DNA of 64,000 bases from Candidatus Bathyarchaeota archaeon (GTDB lineage: Archaea; Thermoproteota; Bathyarchaeia; Bathyarchaeales; WUQV01), in the NCBI GenBank assembly GCA_021158125.1, contig JAGGVF010000012.1, positions 91,612 through 155,611 on the forward strand. The letters are read 5' to 3'. The translations under genes were made by a program, and so were the position numbers. The notes under the pieces were generated by a model. It was not told the DNA's origin, searched no databases, and was given only the letters and a program-made list of their open reading frames with translations. Positions 56,791 through 64,000 of the stretch are shown here, piece by piece (positions within the stretch are counted from its first letter, which is position 1; every line of letters begins with the position of its first letter).

Positions 56791-58147
56791 CCCTTTTCAG
56801 CCTATACCTTTCATAAATTAAGTCGACGTCTTTTCCGTCAACTATGAATTCTACCTTAAGCTTTCCACTGCCTTGAAGGGTATAAAACGTTTTTACACTT
56901 CCTTCCAAGTTTTCTGGGAAAAGAGGAATTACCTCCTCCATGTATTTGTCCTTAATTACTATGCATAAGAAAGAGCCTTTCTTTACTACTTGGGCGTCCA
57001 TTGTCCCCTTGTAGGTTTCATAGCGTCCAGTTAATGCTTCAAGCTGTTTTTCCATTTTTATGAATGGAAGTTCTTCAGGGTTTCTTCCAAGCATTAGTGC
57101 TAGTCCGTACATTCCCAACTGTGAAAGTGGGTAGCCGCTTCCGTTGGCTAGGAGGGCTATTCCAATTTTTCTTTCTGGAACATAGCCCATATAGGCCGTG
57201 GCTGTTAGAACCGAGCCGCCGTGCCCTACAAGCCTATAGCCTAAAAAGTTGGGAACAGTCATTAAGCCGTATCCGTAGGCTTCTCCGCCGAATACCTGAA
57301 TGGGCAGTTTTATCCTTGGCTTTTCCATTTCTTCTATAAGTTCTGAAGGTAATATTCTGTTTCCGTTGTATTCGCCGCGGTTAAGGTACATGGTTATGTA
57401 GCGGGCTAAGTCCATGACGTTGCTTATTAAGCCCCCGTCAGCTGTTAAAGAGTATACGTATCCAGACTCTTTTTGTTCCCCTTCCTTAGTTATGATGTAG
57501 GGAACAGCCGCATCCTTGTCTGCTTCAAGTTTTTCCCTTCCAAAAAATGTTCGGTTCATGCCTAAAGGCTCTAGAATATGTTTTCTTACATATTCTCTGT
57601 AATCCATTCCTGAAATCTTCTCTATAATATAGCCTAAAAGCAGATATCCCTCATTTAGGTAGAACCATCTTTCGCCGGGTTTTGTCACAGCCCATTTTTC
57701 AGCTTCTCTCATGAATGTAAAGAGTTCGTCATAGGTTGCCATTGGAATCCATTTTCCTCCGGCTCCAGTTGCATATCGAATAATAGCTTCTGCATAGGCT
57801 AGGGCGGGTATACCAGAAGAATGAGTTAGCAGATGCCAAACTCGAACTGGTTCACCCATACTTTTCAAGTCTAAAGGAGCATACTTGCCAACAGGGTCTT
57901 CTAAATTCAGTTTACCTTCATTAACTAGCTGCATTATTGAAAGTGCGGTGAAAGACTTTGTTACCGAACCTATTGCATATAACGTGTTCGCAGTAGCCCT
58001 AAATCCATAAGCCTTATTTCTAAGGCCGAATCCTTTGCTATAAACCACTTTTCCATCTTCAACCACTGCAACGCTAATTGCTGGCAAGTGAGTTTTAGAC
58101 ATACACTCAAAAAGGAAATCTTCAAACTTGCGGAATGCCTCCAACAA
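56777..58147 (-). CDS. Serine hydrolase, beta-lactamase/transpeptidase-like (class C/PBP4* family)
   Basis: SxxK motif in YAIGSVTKSFTALSIMQL. YLNEGY (Y-x-N-like) and HGGS near the C-terminal part of the catalytic domain. Confidence 0.78.
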   Translation of the reverse strand: MLEAFRKFEDFLFECMSKTHLPAISVAVVEDGKVVYSKGFGLRNKAYGFRATANTLYAIGSVTKSFTALSIMQLVNEGKLNLEDPVGKYAPLDLKSMGEPVRVWHLLTHSSGIPALAYAEAIIRYATGAGGKWIPMATYDELFTFMREAEKWAVTKPGERWFYLNEGYLLLGYIIEKISGMDYREYVRKHILEPLGMNRTFFGREKLEADKDAAVPYIITKEGEQKESGYVYSLTADGGLISNVMDLARYITMYLNRGEYNGNRILPSELIEEMEKPRIKLPIQVFGGEAYGYGLMTVPNFLGYRLVGHGGSVLTATAYMGYVPERKIGIALLANGSGYPLSQLGMYGLALMLGRNPEELPFIKMEKQLEALTGRYETYKGTMDAQVVKKGSFLCIVIKDKYMEEVIPLFPENLEGSVKTFYTLQGSGKLKVEFIVDGKDVDLIYERYRLKRVGSL

Positions 58148-58249
58148 ACAACCTCCACACCCTTATAGAAGTTGAAACACTGATAAACTTTAACACGTAA
58201 AATCCGGGAAAATTTTATACAGTTCATAATTGAACTAACGACGGGGTGC

Positions 58250-59410
58250 ATGAGGTTTATGGCCATCAAAAAGGGCCTTTTAGCAATTGCCATAAGTCTT
58301 CTGACTGTTTCGATTTTTACGAGTATCCACGAAGTTGCAGCAAATGAAGATGACATGATGGTGGGGGCATATTATTACGTTTGGTGGGGAATCCCATTTA
58401 ATGATCATTGGAACGAAAGCATCAAATATACGCCTTTCCTTGGCAAATACAATTCAAGCGACCCCTTAACTGCCGAACGCCACATCATATGGGCGAAACA
58501 GCATGGAATCGACTTCTTCGCTATTTCATGGATGGGTAAGGGGAGATGGTTAAACTGGGATTTCGACGACATTGACTATAATCTTAAAGTTTTCCTTTCA
58601 GCAAAACATCTAGAAAATTTTAATTTCTGCATATTTTACGAAACAGTAATTGTTTTAAACACTTCTTTAAATGAAGGAAAGAATTTTACTGAAATTTTCA
58701 TTAATGACATGACATATGCTGCGGAAAATTATTTTCATCATCCCAGTTACTTGAAGATTGACGAAAAACCCGTAGTCTTTATTTATAACATTCCATACCT
58801 CTACAACAAATTGGGAACCGAAAAAGCCCAGAGTCTTCTTGGCTGGTTAAAAAGCGAATTTGACATTTACCTAGTAGGAGATGTAGGTGAAGGGCCTTCT
58901 CCAGAAAGTTTAAGCTCGGACTGGCTGTATGCCTTAGACGCAGTAACGAATTATTTCTTTTCTAATCCTTCGAGAGGATGGCATCAAATATTAGAAGATG
59001 CCAAGAATTATTATCCGCTTTGGCATTCAAGTATGAACTCCAGCGGAATAAGATTTATCCCAAATGTTTATCCAGGATTTAACAATACAGGACTAAAAAA
59101 CGTTTCTCATCCTGTTGTTTTGCCAGCTAACGCGTCAGCATTTAGAGAAATGCTGAACATAGCAATGAACAACACAGACAAAGAACTGAAAATGCTCATG
59201 ATAACATCTTGGAACGAATGGCTTGATGGAACAGCAATAGAGCCTTCCCTAGAATTTGGAGAAACATTCCTTCACATAATTTTGGAAATAGTACCGGAAC
59301 TTCTTTCAATTACCATTTTACTCTTTGTTATATCCATAACGATTGCCATAGCATATTATAAAGTAAACATCAAGAAAATCCTCCGAAGTGGCGGGCCCGG
59401 CGGGATTTGA
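58250..59410 (+). CDS. Membrane-anchored GH99-like glycoside hydrolase family protein
   Basis: N-terminal signal/anchor; GAYYYVWWG...GKYNSSDPLTAERHIIWAKQHGIDFFAISWMG...ITSWNEWLDGTAIEP; C-terminal TM segment LLSITILLFVISITIAIAYY. The last 22 nt overlap tRNA-Lys on the opposite strand. Confidence 0.6.
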   Translation: MRFMAIKKGLLAIAISLLTVSIFTSIHEVAANEDDMMVGAYYYVWWGIPFNDHWNESIKYTPFLGKYNSSDPLTAERHIIWAKQHGIDFFAISWMGKGRWLNWDFDDIDYNLKVFLSAKHLENFNFCIFYETVIVLNTSLNEGKNFTEIFINDMTYAAENYFHHPSYLKIDEKPVVFIYNIPYLYNKLGTEKAQSLLGWLKSEFDIYLVGDVGEGPSPESLSSDWLYALDAVTNYFFSNPSRGWHQILEDAKNYYPLWHSSMNSSGIRFIPNVYPGFNNTGLKNVSHPVVLPANASAFREMLNIAMNNTDKELKMLMITSWNEWLDGTAIEPSLEFGETFLHIILEIVPELLSITILLFVISITIAIAYYKVNIKKILRSGGPGGI

Positions 59411-59467
59411 ACCCGCGACCCCCGGGTTAAAAGCCCGGTGCTCTAATCCTTGCTGAGCTACGGGCCC
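59389..59467 (-). tRNA. tRNA-Lys (anticodon UUU), intron-less, encoded CCA
   Basis: The reverse complement folds as GGGCCCG-UA-GCUC-AGCAAGGAUUA-GAGC-A-CCGGG-CUUUUAA-CCCGG-GGGUC-GCGGG-UUCAAAU-CCCGC-CGGGCCC-G-CCA. Confidence 0.9.
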
Positions 59468-59667
59468 AGAGAGATAGAGCTACGGATACTTTGCAGCCTA
59501 TTGAATCTAAAATAGTTAACATATTAATAAATCTTAGATTTCTTTTAACTAAAAGCAAGTTTTACATGTAACTTCAATTTTATTTGGAGCAGCAATGCAT
59601 GGTTGGCTTTAACTCTTGCTGCTCATCTATTCGTAGCACAAACTGGTAGTTTAAGGAAAAGTTATAA

Positions 59668-59925
59668 ATGAAAATTGCAATAACAGTGGGCGTGAGGAGG
59701 ACTGTTAGTAAATTTTGCGGTTCTCCCTTCTCCCCGATGGCCAGTCCTCCTCACATAATTTTATTATTCAGAATGAGAAGTTATTTGGTTTATGGAATAA
59801 TCTTCTATTTTGGTTCAGTAGCGGCAAGCTTGTTTGCATATTTTGAATCTGTTTTCAAAAATCAGATTCAGAGTTCGAACATTTTATTAACTTGCAGTTT
59901 TCACCTAGCTAAAGCAGAGGAGTAG
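59668..59925 (+). CDS. Hypothetical small hydrophobic protein (weak call)
   Basis: 85-aa ORF ending 3 nt before the next gene's GGAGGAG/ATG. No recognisable motif. Confidence 0.25.
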   Translation: MKIAITVGVRRTVSKFCGSPFSPMASPPHIILLFRMRSYLVYGIIFYFGSVAASLFAYFESVFKNQIQSSNILLTCSFHLAKAEE

Positions 59926-59928
59926 AAA

Positions 59929-60315
59929 ATGGAAACTGCAACTGAAAATGATGTTGTAACTGAAGAAGAAGTAATTACTGAAAATAGGGAGGAGGAAGAA
60001 GAACGGGAGCAAGAGGAGCAGCGAACAGAATTGTTTATGGATTTTAGCAATCTAACCAGAAAAAGAAAGAAGCGTAGTTTTCATGTGAGATTTGTTAACG
60101 GGCTTGCTGTCGGTTTCGGCATAGGTTGCATAGCCACATTTATAATTTTATGGGCAGCCGTTTTCTTCACTCCGAAACTCCCACAGACAATCACCTACGA
60201 GGGCCTACTATCAGTATTCATTTATCCGCTACTCTACCTACTAACAATAGGATTAATTTCCTTAACAGCTGGACTAGTAAAAGAAAGATTCCAACCTTCA
60301 CCTGAAAACCAATGA
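59929..60315 (+). CDS. Hypothetical membrane protein with acidic N-terminus
   Basis: N-terminal E-rich ~35 aa, a basic patch RKRKKR, then three hydrophobic segments (GLAVGFGIGCIATFIILWAAVFF, GLLSVFIYPLLYLL, TIGLISLTAGLV). Confidence 0.5.
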   Translation: METATENDVVTEEEVITENREEEEEREQEEQRTELFMDFSNLTRKRKKRSFHVRFVNGLAVGFGIGCIATFIILWAAVFFTPKLPQTITYEGLLSVFIYPLLYLLTIGLISLTAGLVKERFQPSPENQ

Positions 60316-60364
60316 TTATAGCAAAAGTTAGCAAAAATAAAAAAGGAAGCACCCTACCTATTTA

Positions 60365-60994
60365 ATGTGGACTAGAATGGATGTAAAGCAAATTTTAAAA
60401 TCTCTCATTGAAAAAATACCAGGTCCAACTCCGGCATTCACAACCATCCACTTCATAAAAGCGTTAGAATTAATTTCTAAAGGGCCAATCGGAAGGGGAA
60501 AACTTGCAAAGGAACTTAAAGTTGGAGAAGGAACTATACGGACCATAATTAAACGCTTAAAAGCGTCAAATCTCATAACGACTTCTCAGTCCGGCTGTTC
60601 CCTAACGACTTTCGGAGAGACTTTCTGGAAAGAGCTAAAGGAGAAAATACCGAAAAAGGCGTTCCTTGAAAGAAACGAATTTTCCCTAGCTGATTATACA
60701 ATTGCAGTTTTAGTTAGAGGATGCAGAGACAAAGTTAAGACAGGCCTCAAACAACGTGACGCAGCGATAATGGTGGGAGCTGAAGGGGCAACAACTCTGA
60801 TAGTTGAGAATGGGAAAATAGTAGCTCCAACAGTAAGTCAGAATATAGCTAAAGACTATCCCATAGCATATAAGCAAATATGGAAGCTCCTAAAACCGAA
60901 AAAGAACGACGTAATAATTGTTGGAACAGCCAAAACTAAGGAAAAAGCTGAGTACGGCGCCTTAGCTGCAGCTCTCACATTAATAGAAGATTAA
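60365..60994 (+). CDS. wHTH-containing conserved archaeal protein (DUF4443-like from memory)
   Basis: GPIGRGKLAKELKVGEGTIRTIIKRLKASNLI is an HTH-like segment. The remainder is uncharacterised. Confidence 0.45.
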   Translation: MWTRMDVKQILKSLIEKIPGPTPAFTTIHFIKALELISKGPIGRGKLAKELKVGEGTIRTIIKRLKASNLITTSQSGCSLTTFGETFWKELKEKIPKKAFLERNEFSLADYTIAVLVRGCRDKVKTGLKQRDAAIMVGAEGATTLIVENGKIVAPTVSQNIAKDYPIAYKQIWKLLKPKKNDVIIVGTAKTKEKAEYGALAAALTLIED

Positions 60995-61752
60995 TATGTG
61001 TATTTTTCCCCTCCGGCTAAAACTCTTTCAAGCGCGGCATTAAGATTTAACAAGCCCTCATTTGTCCTAGCTGAAACTGGAATTAGCAGAAAACGCATTC
61101 CAAGACTATAAATCGCCTTCATTATTTCTCTGCTTAAAATTCGTTTCATTCCGCTAAGTTTCTCTTCAACGGCCTCTTCAAGCTTTTTGGGACTAGCAGA
61201 CCAGTCAACAATTCTATTCACATCTTCAGACCTAAGCAAGTCACATTTTGAAAGTACATGTATCTGCGGTATTAAGAAGCGGTTGTAAACTGCTGCAGAA
61301 AGAAACATGTTGGAAACATAGTTTAGTGGATTCATGCAAAAGACGCAGTCGAAAAGGTAGATTATGGCTTTAGGCTCCTTAGTTATTTCATTTACAATGT
61401 AGGGACCGCTGGCTCTGAAGGCGAAAAGCTCCATTTGCCCGGGAGTATCAACGAGGACTATGTCTGGATTTAAGGCCTCTATTTCAGCTGCAACTTTTTC
61501 TATTTCCTCCGCAATGAGGTCAGCAGCCATTATCAGAGCAGCATTTGGACCAAGTTTGTATTCATCCATAAGGGAAACAACATCTATGAAATCGCGGACG
61601 TCAACGTCGGGTGAGTAAGGCAGTTCTAAAACTCCGGGGTCTAAGTTGACAGTTGCAACGTTCTGCTTTTGCATTTTAAGCCATTCTGAAAAAGCAGCTG
61701 TAAGCAAAGATTTCCCCGAACCTGCAGTTCCAATTATAAACGCCATGAACAT
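60991..61752 (-). CDS. GPN-loop GTPase
   Basis: P-loop IIGTAGSGKSLL; NLDPG; the GPN motif in KLGPNAALI; VDTPGQMELF. Confidence 0.85.
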   Translation of the reverse strand: MFMAFIIGTAGSGKSLLTAAFSEWLKMQKQNVATVNLDPGVLELPYSPDVDVRDFIDVVSLMDEYKLGPNAALIMAADLIAEEIEKVAAEIEALNPDIVLVDTPGQMELFAFRASGPYIVNEITKEPKAIIYLFDCVFCMNPLNYVSNMFLSAAVYNRFLIPQIHVLSKCDLLRSEDVNRIVDWSASPKKLEEAVEEKLSGMKRILSREIMKAIYSLGMRFLLIPVSARTNEGLLNLNAALERVLAGGEKYTY

Positions 61753-61911
61753 AAGGTTGGTTTCCCTCAGATTTTACTGATAATTAAGTTAACTGCCTAT
61801 TTTTGTTTGCGGTTGCTTGGCACCCGGATTTTCAATCATCAAGTCAGCGTCTAGCCTGAGCCTCATCGCAACCCAAAAAATGCTGGTAAAATGGCTCTAA
61901 AAAGTTTACGT

Positions 61912-62739
61912 TTACTCTGCCAGTTTTATTGGCCTAATCTTTCCACCTTTCTTCTTTATCATGTCAGAGATCTGAATGATTGCCCTTCCAACCCTTTTCT
62001 TGGCGGTTTCAACATCTTCAGAAGTTGTTGAAAAGTGAAGTTCAATCCTTGAAGTTTTCTCTTCGCCTTTCGGATGAGACTTTATATACACATATGGATT
62101 GTCATGCATAACCTTGTCGATGAGAGGAGCAATCTCAGATTCAACTATGCCCAAAACTTCCATGCCAGCTTCATAAAAGATTACTTTTCCAGCTTCTTTA
62201 CGTAGAACTGGAACAACAGATTCATCAAAGATTGCCTTCATCTCGGAAGGGACCCCGGGCAGAGCTATAACTGTTACATTTTCATAATTTATCAGTACGC
62301 CTGGGGCTGTTCCAACCGGATTTGGCAGCGGTTTCGCTCCGACTGGAAGAGTTGCCATTTTTACTCTGTGGGGTGTAAGTTCAGCCTTTTCCATTCTTCC
62401 TTCCTTAACGTATTGGGCATATTTTTCCTCAATCATCTTTAAGGCTTCATCGTTAACTTCTAGTTTTAAGTTTAGGGCTTTTGCTATTCCTTCCAATGTT
62501 TTGTCGTCGAAGGTTGGGCCTAATCCTCCAGTGGTGATTATAAAACGTGGATTTCTTGACAACGCCTCATTTATGGCTGATGATATCTCTTCTAAATCGT
62601 CTGCCACAGTTGTTATTCGGTTAACTTTTAATCCAAGCGAGGTTACGCGTTTAGCTAGCCAATGAGCATTTGTGTTTAGGGTTTTCCCTATCAGAATTTC
62701 GTTTCCAATGCAGATTAATTCAACTTTTACCATGGGCAT
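61912..62739 (-). CDS. CinA-like MoCF-binding domain protein
   Basis: VELICIGNEILIGKTLNTNAHWLAKRV...FIITTGGLGPTFDDKT. Confidence 0.72.
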   Translation of the reverse strand: MPMVKVELICIGNEILIGKTLNTNAHWLAKRVTSLGLKVNRITTVADDLEEISSAINEALSRNPRFIITTGGLGPTFDDKTLEGIAKALNLKLEVNDEALKMIEEKYAQYVKEGRMEKAELTPHRVKMATLPVGAKPLPNPVGTAPGVLINYENVTVIALPGVPSEMKAIFDESVVPVLRKEAGKVIFYEAGMEVLGIVESEIAPLIDKVMHDNPYVYIKSHPKGEEKTSRIELHFSTTSEDVETAKKRVGRAIIQISDMIKKKGGKIRPIKLAE

Positions 62740-62840
62740 ACTCCCTCAGACTATTGATAAACTTATGCTTTAATAATTTCGTGGTTAAAACGTTTCGAGA
62801 ATAATCTAACTTTGGAATCATGTATGAAGGCTTATTGCTT

Positions 62841-63047
62841 TTATTTTTTCTTACTAAGCCACCACTTTAGGTATTCACGCTTAAGCTTCTTTTTCTTTTC
62901 TTCTTCAGATTCAAAGTTTGGCCTAAGCTTTTCCCTAAGTTCAATAAGCTCTTGATGGGTTAGTGTAAGCCCGCAGCTTTTACAGACGTATCGCTTGGTG
63001 GCTGAAACGTATATTAGTTCGCCGCCGCATTCAGGACAATATCTCAT
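62841..63047 (-). CDS. Small zinc-ribbon protein (UPF0148-like)
   Basis: MRYCPECGGELIYV...YVCKSCG followed by a K/E-rich helix. Confidence 0.5.
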   Translation of the reverse strand: MRYCPECGGELIYVSATKRYVCKSCGLTLTHQELIELREKLRPNFESEEEKKKKLKREYLKWWLSKKK

Positions 63048-63112
63048 TTACCCTTCTTTTCCTCCGTTCAACAAGTGCATATGGTGAGAAAAATAGGTTT
63101 TGGTTGTTCTGG

Positions 63113-63955
63113 TTAAGTGATGAAGTTGGTTAGGCCTGCCTCCTTTGCTATTCTTATAGCCTTTTCCATTTCATTTCTCGTTAATCTTCTTCTAAGTTCT
63201 GGAATTTCATGTGCCCTCCATTCTGGACGGTACTGAAACATAACGTTTGTTCTAGTTGAGGCCCCCAAATTTTTGCTTATCCAATTTAAGATTGGCTTTA
63301 GGCAACATTCCAGATGTTCTGGCAAAACTAGAACCCGTATTATTAGTTCTCCATAGTTCTTGGCGTATAAGTGATTTCTTGTGCAAACTTCCCAGTATTT
63401 TGGTGCGTCGGATATTTTTTCTGCGCATTTGTTTGATCCATATTTAAAGTCAAGAAGGTATACGTCGACAAATCCAGCAAGTAGTTTGGCTATTTCTTCG
63501 CTATAGTAGCTGTTTGAATTCCAAACAACCGGTACGTTGAGGTTTACATGTTTAAACGTTTTAAGCCATTGCTCAAGCCATGGAGTTGGCTCTCCGCCTA
63601 CGAGATTAATGTTTCTACAGCCGCTTCTACGTAAACGCTCAACTTCCCTTGCTAAATCTTCCGGCTTGTAAGTCTCACCTTTCTCATACCATTGGGATAT
63701 CGTCCAGTTTTGGCAGTGTAAACAGCGCATTGTACAGCCTAAAGTGAAAATTGTGCCAGAAGGGACGAGTTCCGGCTCCTCGCCCAAATGCTCAAACATT
63801 GATGAAACAGTTATTGACGGCCCGCAGCGACAGTATCCTAGCTTTCCTGCTTTTCTGTTTACCCCGCAGCGACGTGTACAAAAGTGACAATTTTCCATAA
63901 TTCTCTTTGCAATTTCAATTTTCAAGTCTAAGTAGGATTTTTCCGGAGTCTCCAT
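63113..63955 (-). CDS. Radical SAM protein, PflX-like (pyruvate formate-lyase activase homologue)
   Basis: N-terminal Cys cluster CHFCTRRCGVNR...GYCRC; radical-SAM CxxxCxxC in GCTMRCLHCQNW. Confidence 0.75.
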   Translation of the reverse strand: METPEKSYLDLKIEIAKRIMENCHFCTRRCGVNRKAGKLGYCRCGPSITVSSMFEHLGEEPELVPSGTIFTLGCTMRCLHCQNWTISQWYEKGETYKPEDLAREVERLRRSGCRNINLVGGEPTPWLEQWLKTFKHVNLNVPVVWNSNSYYSEEIAKLLAGFVDVYLLDFKYGSNKCAEKISDAPKYWEVCTRNHLYAKNYGELIIRVLVLPEHLECCLKPILNWISKNLGASTRTNVMFQYRPEWRAHEIPELRRRLTRNEMEKAIRIAKEAGLTNFIT

Positions 63956-64000
63956 TTCCCTTAAATCTTTCTGTTTGGAATCTACTTGTTTTTCCAGTTC

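Noticed and set aside
57970-58356. 128-aa minus-strand ORF spanning the divergent region between the serine hydrolase and the GH99-like gene
   Set aside because: It overlaps the 5' ends of both confidently called genes and the intergenic promoter region. It has no motif, and its composition suggests a chance ORF.
61753-61911. Possible C/D-box sRNA on the minus strand (GAUGAG ... CUGA ... UGAUGA ... CUGA)
   Set aside because: The C box is degenerate. The D'-C' spacing is only 2 nt. The C'-to-D distance is about 70 nt instead of ~12 nt, and no terminal stem is present. It does not fit archaeal C/D sRNA architecture.

Overview
Archaeal chromosomal core region. It looks TACK/Thermoproteota-like, possibly Bathyarchaeia-type, but that placement is inference only. 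By eye the window is AT-rich and tightly packed, with many 1-11 nt gene overlaps, frequent GTG/TTG starts and GGAGG-type SD boxes. All three tRNAs carry a genomically encoded CCA. All homology calls come from motifs I recognise by reading the translations. No database search, GC calculation or folding program was run.

Layout:
- 1-12.7 kb: spc-like ribosomal-protein operon (uL14 to uL15, secY, adkA, DUF106/EMC3-like, eL34, cmk, eL14, cbf5, a methyltransferase). An Hsp20 gene is inserted between uL30 and uL15.
- 12.77-16.0 kb: tRNA-Ser with two introns, then an AT-rich accessory patch (frameshifted beta-helix surface protein, PadR, and an Mpg glycosylase coupled to an Hjc-like nuclease).
- 16.8-22.8 kb: uS13-uS4-uS11, then rpoD-eL18-uL13-uS9-rpoN-eno-uS2.
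- 22.8-27.6 kb: Memo-like gene plus archaeal mevalonate/isoprenoid genes (mvk, IPK, IDI-2, GGPPS).
- 27.6-35 kb: gltX, srp19, eS8, and smc-scpA-scpB on the minus strand.
- 35.8-42.3 kb: proteasome/exosome superoperon (psmA, SBDS, rrp4/41/42, eL43, Brix, pcc1, pfdB, DUF3194-like, DHH).
- 42.4-49 kb: ECF transporter ATPases plus T component, short XPF, PHI, a tiny eL41 gene, and a three-subunit 2-oxoacid:ferredoxin oxidoreductase.
- 49-52 kb: GNAT, radical SAM, wHTH and methyltransferase genes.
- 52.1-59.5 kb: a tRNA-bounded surface island. Its core is a TasA/camelysin-like fibre locus with its own SipW-type signal peptidase.
- 59.5-64 kb: miscellaneous genes.

Most interesting:
1. The archaeal TasA-like/SipW locus with three cognate substrates.
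2. A textbook bulge-helix-bulge intron interrupting the cbf5 mRNA exactly at the catalytic-Asp codon.
3. A doubly intron-split tRNA-Ser.
4. Two ribosomal-protein genes (uS2, eL41) whose conserved N-termini have no canonical start codon.
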